Assembly: GCF_041956535.1 (NCBI RefSeq)
Contig: NW_027192213.1
Location: 115,111 to 179,110 of the forward strand
DNA length: 64,000 nt
Source of the DNA: Calcarisporiella thermophila CBS 279.70
Taxonomy: Eukaryota; Fungi; Calcarisporiellomycota
Direction of reading: 5' to 3'
The notes under the pieces were generated by a model, which was not told where the DNA came from, made no database searches, and saw only the letters and a list, made by a program, of their open reading frames with translations. Positions 23,684 to 36,240 of the stretch are shown here, one piece after another (within the stretch, counting starts at the first letter, position 1; every line of letters starts with the position of its first letter). A program made the translations under genes and the position numbers.

Positions 23684-25207
23684 CTACGAGTGCATCCCGA
23701 AGATGCGAAGATTGCCCAGATGCGTGCCGTCGCTGGACGCGTCGTCTCCGGCGTACGCTAGGTAGTACCGGGACGGGTGCCATGAAACCGTGTTGATGGC
23801 TGCAGTGCACGGGATCTTAAACACCGACAGCCCGGTCTCCACATCAGACTAAGGAAGCCCGCATGGGCGAGAGGATGAGTATGGCTCATTAGAGGGAGGA
23901 GGGGGATTCAACGGGTCGAGGGCGCTACTTACGATATCGATGACCAGGTCTTCCGATGCTGATGCGAGGAACCGCCCGTCGTGACTGAAACTGATCGTTC
24001 GCACTGGCCAGCTGTTGAAACATCATTAATCTCTCGGTCGCCACTCGTAAGACATGACTGACTACTTACTCGAGCTGATCTATGGTTCGAAGACAGGTGA
24101 ACTCTTTCATGTCCCACAGGCTCACCAGCGAGTCCGCACTCCCCGTCGCCAGATATCTATTTCGGAGAGGGCGGGTAGAAAAAACACTCAAACATGCCTG
24201 TGCACCCATGCTTTCGTGGCCACTTACCTCCCAGTAGGGTCCAGCTCCAGGCAATAGCAGTTGATCCCGTGAGCCCGAATGGTGTGTAAAAGCTTGAGAG
24301 AGGGGTACTCGAGAACCTTGACAGTCCCTTGGCCCGTAGTCATGAAGAAGAGATCCCCCTTCTTATTCCACGTGATCTCGTTTATCTATTGGAGAGAGGG
24401 GAGGTCAGAGATACGACGGTCAAGCGCCATAGGATGCGACGTGTTCATTTTAGTACCTCGACATTATTTTTGAGTGTTTTTTCGATTTTGAATGTCTGCG
24501 CATCAATGAAGTTGATGACGTCCTCCTTATTGCCTACTGCTATCTTGGTCCCATCCGCGCTCCAGCAAATATTGATATTTTCCCCATTGGTCTGAATGAT
24601 GTGATTGCACTTTGCCTCTATAGCATATTCTCTTAGCACTAGTTCCCATCGCAAATGCCATTGTGCGGCTCTACTTACGTCTTTGGTCCCATATTCTTAC
24701 CGTGCCATCACAACTTGCAGTCGCCAGCCGGTCTGGATGGGTAGGATCCCAGCGTAGCTGGTCTACGCTATCGGTGTGGCCTTTTAATTCATACGAATAC
24801 CGTACATCTGTCTGTAGCACAAGATACAGTAAAAAACAGGATCTATCTTGATTTTTTGCAATAGCATAGACTCACCCCTCGATCGGGCGTCCATATTCTA
24901 ACCGTTTTATCGACCGATCCAGAGGCAAGCTTCCTGCCCTCACAATTCCAGTGAACTGTATGGACTTTAGACTTGTGACCTCGGTACTCCTTCGTTGTGC
25001 GATTGCTGAAAGATTTATGGACCTGATTCGAATCATGGTTAAAAAAATGCATGCTTTCTCCGGAAAATGACGTACCCTCTGTAGATCGGGAGGTAGCTCG
25101 TCAACTTTAACCACCTTACGCTTCTCCTCCTCTTCTTCTTCCTCCACTACTGCATTTCTAGGGTCATCGAGCTGCGATGTTGTGCTCTTCTGATCTACAC
25201 CCGGCAT
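23684..25207 (-). CDS. THOC3: THO complex subunit 3 / Tex1 (WD40), multi-exon
   Basis: Motifs EYRGHKSKVHTVHWNCEGRKLASGSVDKT, GHTDSVDQLRWDP, TNGENINICWSADG, YLATGSADSLVSLWD, SASEDLVIDI and SWHPSRYYLAYAGD. Confidence 0.9.
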
Positions 25208-25574
25208 TTTGCTGGCAATGTTAAAGGCAAAGGGAAATCCAAAATCGAGATTCTTCAGCTGTGCCACCGGTTTAATAGTCAAAACAAGCGAATCCCTTTT
25301 ACCCATATGGCAGTGTATTTTCAGTATATTTTATTTTTTTTAGATCTTTTCGAATATAATCCTCGTTTTTTTCCTCAATCGCTTCCCAATACACTTGATT
25401 CCAGCGTTATTACAGAAAGTTGCCTTTAATATCCCAGAGACTCTCAAGATCTCTCTCGTTCCTGACTAATTTTTTTTTGTGCTTAGGCGTCTGAGCCAAA
25501 GGTATGATCTAATTATTAAACTTAATTGGGATGATCGGTTGTTAATTGAAATACCATTTAGTGTAGCCCCAATC

Positions 25575-27219
25575 ATGCCTCGACGCAAGACACAGCAGCG
25601 TACTCCCACTCCTGAGCTTTTATCCCCCACGGCCACCCCTACTTCTGGTGCGATCAGCACTACCGTTTTTAACTCCTCTTCTGAAGGAGATCTTGTCCCA
25701 TCTAATGACCAAGTCGTGCTGCCAAAACGCCCCTTGATGAATCGATCGGTACCAGCTTTTTTGAACAAGCTATACAAGTATTACCGACGTTTTTCAGCAA
25801 AGCTCTCTTCATGTTTTTGGTAGCTAACCTTTTTTTTTTATTGAAAGTATGGTCAACGATCCTACTACCGATCCTCTTATTCATTGGGCAGACGACGGTG
25901 CTTCTTTTCTAGTCACTAAGCCTGAAGATTTTGCTAGAGAAGTGCTCCCGAAGTTCTTCAAACACAACAACTTCTCGAGCTTTGTTCGCCAGCTGAATAT
26001 GTATGGGTTCCACAAGGTGCCCCATCTACAGCAAGGTGTTTTGCAAGCGGATGAGGATGCAGAACGATGGGAGTTTAGCAACCCGCACTTCCAGCGAAAT
26101 CAGCCGGACCTTCTGTGTCTCGTTCAACGCAAGAAGGGTCGCGATTCCGATGATAGAGATCCGAACACCGTTGATTTGCAACGCATCCTAAACGAGATCG
26201 CCACTATCAAGAAGCACCAGCTACTCATTAGCTCGGAGCTACAGGATATCAAAAAAGAGAACCAGACATTATGGCGAGAGAGCCTGACCACGCGCGAACG
26301 CTATAAACGCCAACAGGATACGATCGATAAGATTCTTCGGTTCTTGGCGAGTGTGTTCTCATCCACACAGAAACGAACCACCATTGTTCCGAAGAAAAGA
26401 CTGCTGCTGGGCGACGTGGACACGGATTACGGTGTAGATAGCCAAGAGAAAGAGCATCAAGACGAGGGAGCTTCCAACATCTTTGATGCGGTGACGCCGC
26501 AAGAAGATGAAGGCCCACCCCATAAGCGGTTGAACAAGGCAGATCTGGTATCGAGCTCGGTAACGGCAGATGTGAGCAAATCCGCCCCAGGTAAATTGTG
26601 CATTTCTTCCCTGATAGTATAGCATTCGACCTTTATCCCTCCTCTAACCAACTCTTTAGCCACCAAAGCCGAGTTTCCTCTGGCGTTAAGTCCGACCTCG
26701 GAGAAGGCTCAGGCCGACCTTCTCAGTCACTTGAACCTCCCCTCCAATACAGAGACGAACATAAACCCCGATGCATTGAACCTCACCACCCTACCCCTTG
26801 ATTTCTCAGGCACCCTGAGCGGATTGCAGGGTCTTGACCTCAGCGGGCTCGATCTCGCATCGATCGCTTCCATCGCCTCGCTCTCGGGCCAGGGCAACCA
26901 CAATAACAGTGGTCTAGCCACCACCGCCGTCGATAGTCCCTCTGCTGCCGGTGATAGTGCCACCAGCTCTTCCGCATTAATTCTCCCCAACCACAACGCA
27001 AATTCCAGCCATCCACACCGAGTAAAAATCGAAGACATGCCAGAGCCCGCGGACACTAAATTCCGGGACGTCTCTTCGCTTGACGAGCAGGTGGATAGCC
27101 TACAGGCCGATATCGATAATTTGGTAGAGCAGCTAGGCATCGACCCGAGTGCGATATGGGATGACGTAGAGCTGGAAAAATTGGGTGCGGGTGACTTCCC
27201 GACGGGCGCGGGAGAGTAG
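25575..27219 (+). CDS. HSF1: Heat shock transcription factor
   Basis: HSF DNA-binding domain VPAFLNKLYNMV...IHW...FAREVLPKFFKHNNFSSFVRQLNMYGFHKV...WEFSNPHFQR, plus the HR-A/B coiled coil ENQTLWRE...QQDTIDKILRFLA. Confidence 0.93.
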
Positions 27220-27449
27220 AAGAGAAGGAGAGCGTGGCAGGAATTCATATGGTAGTGGACATAAAGGTCATCCGTGTTTTACCGAATTAATAACTTTGGA
27301 GATTTTTTTCCCCTTCATTTTCTTGCTTTTCGTTTTTTTTTTTTCCTTGTATTTATATATTTTCGTTTAAAAAAAAATATAATGGAATAAAAGAAAAATC
27401 TCACAACTTTCTAGCCAAATAGCATGATTGAAAGCATACCAAGGCAACC

Positions 27450-29793
27450 CTATCGATCCCAGCACTCTTTTCGGATCACACCAAAAATCTTGTCCTTCAG
27501 CCACACGCCCCTCTCCTGTCGGATGTCAAGCTTCTTCTTCCCGCTCGGCGTGGTGATGACAAACTGCAGCCGTAACTCGCTCTCCTCCGCATCGCCCTTG
27601 TGCCCTGCCACCTCCACCACTCGGGCCTCAACCAGCCGCATCTCCTTGTCCCGCGTGATGACTCCGAGAGCCCGCTCGTCAATCTCTTCGACTCGCCATC
27701 TTGCTCGGCCGGCTTCCCCCAACCCCTCCTCTCCACTCTCCACCCCAGCCGGAGGAATGCCTAAGACGGCATTCCCCACCTCGCATACCAGTCTCAGACA
27801 CGCTACACTCGCCTCTCTTGAGACGATTTCCTCGAATTTCTCCAGGTTAGTCAAGGCGAGGGGGGCTGAGGAGGCGGGCAGATGCGCAAAGATGGTCAGC
27901 GAAGTGCCAAGGGTAAAGCGCAACCGTGAACTGCCGAGTTTGACGAAAATGACATGGTACACTGGGCTTTTCTCCTGTTTCTCCTCCAGGCTCCCCGAAT
28001 AAATACGGGGCAGTCCTTCAAAGTGGAAGCCCACCTCCATCCCCAGCCGCCTATACGGCTCGAGCGCTCTCCTGATGATGTCACGCACGCGTTCACAGAA
28101 GATCCCATATCGCAAGAGTTGCAGAGGCTGTACGAAGACGAGAGGGGGAGACTGCAATTTCGAAAGGTCTAGTTTGCCGGACTGGAGGACTCGTTTTTTG
28201 CGTTGAGCAAGGGTGAGGCGATGATGACGGCGAAGCATGAGTTGCATGGCGAGTTTGATGATAGCGCAGGAGGCAGAGGGGTATGAATAGGGTGTGCTAG
28301 CGGGAGCTGGGGAGAGGGTGGAGGGGTTGGATTTGACCCAGCGTAGAATTAATTCAGAGTTGGCGTCGACTTGGATAGCGATTTCGTTTTCGGAGATACG
28401 AGTACTGCTTGAGGATAAGCCTTTGGCTTCCTTTACAACCTGATAAACAGACCAAAAAAAAAGCCATCAGTAATCGAGTTCCCGCGGAAAGGAGCTATTT
28501 CAATTTGCCTCTTGCAGCAGCTCGGTTTCGAAAACAGTCGACTGGGCAGCTAATAGTTGATGGTGCATCGAATCTTCATCGTAGCTCTCCGCATCTCTCA
28601 AGCATACTTCAGATATAATGTATATCGTTAGTGAAACGCGGTGAGAATAAGAGGCAAGCCATGCAAACTCTACCCTCTTCTTCTTCCTCAACCTGTCCAA
28701 ATAACCCCACAATGGAGTTTCGCTTCTCGTTGACTTTGTTTTGTTGTTGTTTTGGATTGAGATGATTGCTGAAGGTAGAATATGCATTCTGTACGAGCTG
28801 TATCCTGAGGTGCCGGCGAACTGCATGCGGAAGAGCGAGTTGTATTTTCTCCTCGTTTTCTATGGCACGGCCAACTTCCCCTATGGTGCGCTCGCGAATA
28901 ATCTCGGCAAACGTAGACTCATTGAATGTGGAGCCTACCCATTTCATGCAGGTGGTCATTAGTAAAATAGTAGGCGAGCCTCAATCATTTTCCTTACCAA
29001 AGCCGAATCCATACTGTACAAAAAATTTCCCAGTCGGTGCCCCGGGATAGCTTCCAGGTCCTATAATGATCCAATTGTCACGTCGGAGCTTCAGGGTTTC
29101 GTCCCAAAATCTCTTCTCTCTATCCACAACCCTCTCGAGCGAGTCCGCCGACCCCAGTAATAGATCGGCAGCCTGCGTCAACTGTTTTCGTTTTCCACCC
29201 ATCCCAAGCCGAAGCCCTTCAAGCTGGGCACGCACGCTTGGCTTTGGCTTTTGGATATAGGTAGAGTTGACAGTATTGGGCGCCAGCGGGCCCATGGTGT
29301 GAGACGAGCCGTACGGCTTGGATTGAGCAAGCAAGATGTTCACCACATCAAGAGCAATAGATATCTCATTACATGCCTGGTTGAGTCTCTGTAAAACGGT
29401 CCCTCTCATCTCGCCCACTAAGTCTTTCTGTGGGGCACCGGGGATTGGAGTGGCCGAGGATTTGGACGAATCGTATGCTATCAGCGTCGACGATACGGAT
29501 TGTTGATCATTGGGGGAGGAATCGGGTGCTTGGGATTTGAGTTTTGTCTGGGTGATAAATTTGAGATCGCCGCGTTCGCCCCATATGCGATCTATGCTTT
29601 TGCTAAGCTGGTGGGCAGCATTCTCCTCTCTGGAATTGAATCAACAAGATTAATGATGCATCACATTGTAATCAGTGGAAAACGGTGCATACTCCTTGTA
29701 TATTTCCTCGCCAGTTTCGGTAATATCATATGTTTTGGAGTCGCTTCGCGTTTCTATGGTTAGCTTGAGCCGCTTGGGCAACGATCCATCCAT
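27450..29793 (-). CDS. MED17: Mediator subunit 17 (Srb4), multi-exon
   Basis: Motifs DITETGEEIY, SIDRIWGERG, LNQACNEISIALDVVNILL, EKRFWDETLKLRRDNW, FFVQYGF...GSTF and LFDAPSTISC/IFYDI. Confidence 0.75.
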
Positions 29794-30440
29794 CGGAACG
29801 ACTATACCGTATTTCTTAATACGCTAAAACAGATAATTTTATTGAGACGCGATAGCTGAGCCAAGCCACCCTCTGTGTCCCATTCCATTTGATAGATCGA
29901 CTGCAACGCGCATCCTATCTTTCTAACCGTTCCTCACCTCATGAACCCAGTGATTATCTCATTTTTCTCTTCATTTGTATAGTTATTTACGCTTATTTAC
30001 ACATCTGTAATCTTAACATCATCCGAGTCGAAACCATATAAATAATCACTTTCTGATTATTAGTCGACCTTGTAAGTAATCTCCACACGGACTCTGGCCT
30101 CTTGCCACACTGAGATTTTTCAATCTTAATGAGTTTCGTGCATGGTGCCAATAGAACAATCTTTCAATGTTATTTGAGAAGAGACTGGAGAAGCCCCATT
30201 CGGTTTCTCTAAGTGCCCTAAGGAAGCTTTACTGATGCTGTTTTCTACCTCTCTCTCCCAATAGCCTTATTTATTGCCTCTATGCTTTTCTTGGACAGCC
30301 TCAAGTTCACCCTGCTTTGATGAATACGACTCCATAGGAAGAATATAACTGAGCATCCATCCATATCAATCATCTTGCCTCTCCACCCTCTTTCCTAATT
30401 TACCCTTCCTCTTCATTCCCCTCTTCCAATTTCCCCTTCA

Positions 30441-33401
30441 ATGTCAGGAAGCAGCAGAAAGGCACCGCCAGATGAGGCACAGAAGGTGGGGGATTATATA
30501 CTCGGCGATGAGATTGGCCGTGGATCCTTTGCAGTCGTCTACAGGGGACGTCATAAGGTAAGTATCTGTTCTAGCGCAACAATGCATTTGGATTTAACAA
30601 AAATTCCCCATCTAGACAAACGGCGGTATGGTGGCGGTGAAGGCGGTGCAGCGATCCAAGTTGACCAAGAAGTTATTGGAGAACCTGGAATCGGAAATCG
30701 CCATTTTGAAAGGGATCCAACATGATCATATTGTTGAGTTGCTCGAATGGAGGGTAAATGAGAGGAGATGGAACATGAAACAATTCGGCCTCATTAAATC
30801 ACTCTTTTCCTTGATGGTAGAATGGAGATAATGTTATCCATCTGGTTATGGAGTTTTGTTCTCTAGGAGATCTTTCGGGTTATATTCGACGAAATCGTGC
30901 CTCAAGCGGTGGGTCGGGCTCAGCGGTGTTGGGCCTACCCGAGGCCACAGTGAAGCACTTTTTGCGGCAGCTAGGTAATGTCTCTTTTTTACGGGAATTG
31001 ACCACATTGACTCACAATATTTCCTGTGATAGCGTCTGCGATTGAATTCCTCCGCACGATGAATGTTGTTCACCGTGATATTAAGCCTCAGAATTTATTA
31101 CTACAACCTGCTACCAAGCAGTCGGAGGCCAAGCTCAAATCCGATCTGCCTGTGCTAAAGGTTGCTGATTTCGGGTTTGCTCGTCTATTGCCGTCACATA
31201 GTCTCGCAGAGACACTTTGTGGATCACCTCTCTACATGGCTCCCGAGATCCTTGCCTACGAAAAGTACGATGCCAAAGCCGATTTGTGGTCTGTAGGGAC
31301 AGTGCTCTACGAGATGATCGTTGGACGCCCCCCGTTTCGCGCACAGAATCACTTGGAACTGCTCAAGAAAATTGAGAAAAATAACGATCGGATACGCTTC
31401 CCCGATGAGGAACCCTCGGGCAACGTCTATGCTTCCTTCAGGCCTATTTCTGACGAATTGAAGGACTTAATACGAAAACTGCTAAAGCGGAACCCTGTGG
31501 CTCGGATATCTTTTGAAGAGTTCTTTTTGCACCCGTTTGTCGTGAAAGACACTATCGGAGCTCCGGCGGTGGAAGAGAGAGAAACTGCCCCGAAAAGACT
31601 GCAGGTGACGCCTTCATCGACTTCAATCACGACAGGAGCACAAAAAGCAGCTGCAAGTGCGGGTATTAGTACAGGTGCGGGGATAGGGACTGTTGCGAGC
31701 TCGGGAAGAAACGAAGAGGTTGCGATCTCTGCCCCCCCGGCATCGACACCCCTGGTTTCGAATTCCGAGCATCCCCCTTTCGCCCTCCTCTCGACTGGGA
31801 GTGGCAGCACTGGGCGGTCTTATCCCCTCACTCCGCAGGAATCTGCGTCGCGAAATCCACGGCGGAGCGAGATGGACCCACCCTTTGCCATGTATACAAT
31901 GGAGGATCGCAATTTTACACGGGAATCCTCCCAGCAATCCGAGCCCATCCAGCAGCGCTCTCGGAACGCCCCAATACCTATGTATCTAGACAATCGGTAC
32001 TCCAACGGAGAGGGTCGCACGAGCGGTGGAGCTGAATTGATGTCTTCGTCGGCACAGACTTTCCCCAGCCCTGATCTCGGGGCTCCTCCGTTTGCCCATA
32101 GCCCCACCTCGTCGCCCTCCAATGCATTCAAGTCCTCAACGAGGGAGCGAGCGGAGCGTGAGCGGAAACGAAACTCGACGGCGAGCCAAACCTCAGCCTC
32201 TGATATGCGCCGCGTGGAGGATGACATTATAGTCGCACGAGAGTACGTGGTGATCGAGAAGAGAGCGGTGGAGGTGAATGCGTTGGCGGATGAATTGGCC
32301 GCCTCTCCCAGCACAACCACCCCGTCTCGGCCCTCCTCGTTCGATTCCGGGCAGACCGGCCAGGGTGCCATCGTAGGCTCAACCCCGCCTACCCATACCG
32401 CGATTTCCTCCACCACTGGCCCCGTCGCCATGATCCGCGGCCGCTCCACCTCTACCGCCAGTGGGTCGCCCCTTGACCTGGTCGGAACACCTCCTCCATT
32501 TGCTCGACAGCCGTCGTGGCCTCGCTCTGGGCCCTCGGCCACGTCTGCGTTGGCACGGGCTCTTTCGATGGCGTCTGCGCGGCTGTTTGGTGCTGGAGTG
32601 AGTCCGCCCCAGTCTGCGCCCTTTGTCGGTGCAATGCATTTTGGGGAGTCGAATGACGAGGAGGAGAATTCGGTCGTCAGGGAGCTCGAGGACATCTACG
32701 AAAAGGCCGTGGCGGTGATGCTTCTCGCGGACACAAAGCTCCCTTTTCTTCTCCCTCAAACACCCCAATCTTCCACCATTGCGCAGTGGCTTCAGGCCTC
32801 GCTGCAGTCTGCGCCCACCTTTCCCTCACCGGCCGAAGCCGCCTTCCTGCTCTATTTGAAGTCGCTCGCCCTGCTTCAATACGGTATGTCCGTTGCGAAG
32901 TCATATTGGGAAAACATGAGGATTCGCCGGGGCCGCATCGCCTCGGTCCGGGTCAACAACATTGTGCAGCTGATTCGCGACCGCTTCAACGAGTGCCTTG
33001 AGCGCGCGGAGATTGCAAAATCGCGCTGTGACCCCTCTTCCTCTCCGGCTTCCGAATCAGAAACGTGTGGGATGGTGGAAAAGATACTGTATGAGAGTGC
33101 GTTGGACATGAGCCGAGTCGCGGCCATGAATGAGATGACGGGGCAGCTGAGCGGATGTGAACGAGCCTACGAGATGGCGCTAGGGTTACTGAAGGCCATT
33201 TTGGACGAGGCTGGCCGCGAAGAAGACTACCCCCTGGAGGAGAAGGATCGCCGAGTAGTGAATAAATGTGAGTTCGATTCCCTTTGCACCCTGACCTTTT
33301 GAGCTTACACTGATCTATGTGTTGCTTTAGTTATTGGATCGATCATGATTCGCCTTGGGCAGCTACGCAAGAAATTGGCCGAGCTTCAGGCTTACGAATG
33401 A
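30441..33401 (+). CDS. ATG1: Autophagy Ser/Thr kinase Atg1/ULK, multi-exon
   Basis: Motifs [47 protein letters not shown]...[17 protein letters not shown] and [19 protein letters not shown], plus a C-terminal MIT-like region. Confidence 0.95.
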
Positions 33402-34013
33402 CCTGTGCCTTTTTTGTTTGAATTTATTTCGATGACTTAGTCTTAGCTTAAATTAGTTAGAAAGCGGAGCTATTGCTTGTTTGTTTTTCATATCATTTCT
33501 ACTTTTCTTCTTCCCTCTGTTTATTGAATCAATTGTATAATTTTTCTCTGATCATAACCATTTTTATACTTTTCTCTTATCGACTTGGACTTTTTTTTTT
33601 GAGTTTCCTTTTTATTCTTAACATTTGTAGTTTTCCAATGAGTTTCTTTACCTTGATAATGGTGCCTTTTCTTCTTTTTTGTTGGTGACTACCATTGAGT
33701 GTAGATGATTCTCAGCTAAGTATTTATTATTCACTCTTTTTTTTCCCTATTATAATATATATATTTCTTTTTCTTTTAAGAAAATGCACAGGCTGGTTAC
33801 TCCATGAGAATGGAACAAACGTGCTTCTCTATAGTACTATATTATCAAAATATATATATTTTTTGGATTGAGGGTTAGGTGAGAAGATGGTGTGGGGTAC
33901 GGAATATTACAAACATCGCAAATAAAATGCAAGTATTTTCTTAGAAATGCAAAGGATCACTTTTAATTTTTGCAACTAGAAGAGAATGGCGTCGGCGGTG
34001 GAGGGGGCCCCGC

Positions 34014-35593
34014 TTAGAACTTCTCCAAGTCCTCAACGCGCTCAATCACGGCAGGCGCCACGATGGTCTTCCCGCGTAGCACATCGAGCCCCTCCCCGGA
34101 GTAGGACACCAGCGGCGAGATCTCGAACTCCTCCACCTCTCCAACCACCGTCCCTCCAGCTTGCTCGACGAATCGCGTGTGTTGCTGCACCATATCCCGG
34201 CGCGACGTCTCAGGACAGTCCACCCCAGTGCCCGGCGCGTTTTTGAGCGGCGAGAATTCGTCCCTCCGCTCCACCTCGAACACCGCCATCCGCTCGGTGA
34301 AGGGAAACACGTCAAACACGAACATCTCCATCTTGAGGCCATTGGGCTTCGCGGGGATGATTTGCTCACCCGTGGCCACGTCGATGCACTTGATCTTCTT
34401 TTTCGCGATGTGGTACTCGAGGCGAGCCTCAAACCCTTTGACGGCCCTCAAAAAGTCGAGGGTGTAGAAATGGTTGGCGATGTTGGCAGCCCTGAAGGCC
34501 AGTTGTCCGTTTGGCTCCGTGCGGGAGGCGATTTCCTCGTCAATTTCCGAGTACTCCACCACCCCAAACTTGCCATTGCGCAAACAGACAACCCCAACGG
34601 GCTCGGTAGGGCATGCCTTCGGCACCGTCTTTGCGCCACAGTCGGCATTCTTCGAGACGCAGTAGCCGATGAACACCGGGTCGGCCACACGAACGAGACA
34701 GTTATCCACGCAGTATGCGTGAAGATAGGTCACTCCTCGCTCAGCCATGGAGTCAAGGACGTGGTGCTTGCGCAATGCCTCATAGACTCCACCATTCCCG
34801 TCGGGCGCGGAGGTGAGCTGGCTCTTCGACTCTAAGAGGATCTTTCCGTCCATTGAAAAGCACGGGAGCGTACCTGTGACCATGGAAGCCATGTGAGTAT
34901 TGGTCATTCTAAAAGATAAAGGATGCATCACGACTCGATGGACAAGTTACCTTGGTCGAAAAATGTAACGTTTTTCTCCTCAAGCCCGAAGAAGTTGTGC
35001 TCTTTGAAGAACTTTTCGGTTTCTGCGCGGGTAGGACCACTGGTCATGACATACCATGGAATCACAACATCGCCATCGCGTTTGCCAGCCCGGCGTGCTG
35101 CCAGCTCTTGCAGTTTCCTGATTCTCTCCGCTTGGATCTGGAATAGGGATTTTCTGCTCGGGAGGCTGATGTCATAACATCCTTTCGGAGCACTGGAGCC
35201 CAAGCGGGTTCCCTGCCCTCCAGCAAGGAGGATGACCCCGACTTTGTTTTGGGCAATCAGATCCATTCCAATCTTTTCCCAGGTGGCAACCTGCTCCGCA
35301 TCTGCAGAGAGGCGCGAATCGAAAACATTTTCTGGAAGGGGCGAGACATCGCAGCGAGAGGGTTGCTTAGCCCCTTCGGTTGCCAGCTTGTAGATGTGGT
35401 TGCAGCGCTCTACATCTAGATGCGAGAGTTGCTGGAATAAACTATTCTTTTCCGATATGGACAGCTCGTCCCAAAATGCAAGGAGATGCTCTTGTCCAGC
35501 GGCAGCCAGTTTGCTCCTCAGGGCATCTAGCTGTTCATTAGAAAAGGAATTCGTGTTCTCATTCGCCCGGTTGGGGTTCGATGTTCCGTTCAT
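34014..35593 (-). CDS. UAP1: UDP-N-acetylglucosamine pyrophosphorylase (2 exons)
   Basis: Motifs LLAGGQGTRLGSSAPKG, WYVMTSGPT, APDGNGGVY, YCVDNCLV, VVEYSEI, KMEMFVFDVFPF, EFSPLKN and EISPLVSYSGEGL. Confidence 0.95.
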
Positions 35594-36240
35594 CTTGATG
35601 GAGAGAGTTGGTTGGAATGGAATGCAAAGAATATGCAGGGGAAAAAAAAAAGAAGAAAGGAGAAAAAAGTGAGAGGGAAGGATGAGCAAAGAGAGCAAAT
35701 GTGATGAGGTCTTGAATTGGGCCTTCGCTTAAAAGATATATAGCAGGAATAAGGCTTCAACCCAGCCTCCGAAAAGGGCGCAAATCCATTGGAGGGTGAA
35801 GAAAATTCATATATTATGGTTCTATTTATAAATGTCAAAGCCGATGGGATGACAAACAAGAAGTCTGGTAAACAGTCCTTTCTCGACGCAGCATCGGATC
35901 GTTCCAATTTCCCGCCCTCCATAGCGAGCGGGCAAGGGAGAGCCTTACCTGCGAGGGGTTGGAATGTGTCGAGCCGAATTGGCCTGAACCGTGCGCTCGT
36001 TTGCGAAAAATTTCGTCTGCATGCTTCCCAACATTCAATCGTTCCACGCCTGAAAAATGCACTGGAATGTGAGAATTTATAAAGATACAGTCCCCTTGTT
36101 AAAATGTATCCTTTAGCCAAATTTTCCTTCTTTTCCCTTTTCTCTCTCTCCCTTGTACCTCTTCCTCTCTTTTGCATCCCCTCCTGACTCGCCCCCCCTC
36201 TTTTCCATCGACGCTTGTTTTTAATTATATATAGTATAGT

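Noticed and set aside
17950-27219. HSP70 and HSF1 within ~6 kb as a possible heat-shock cluster
   Set aside because: They are separated by three unrelated genes, and there is no evidence beyond proximity.
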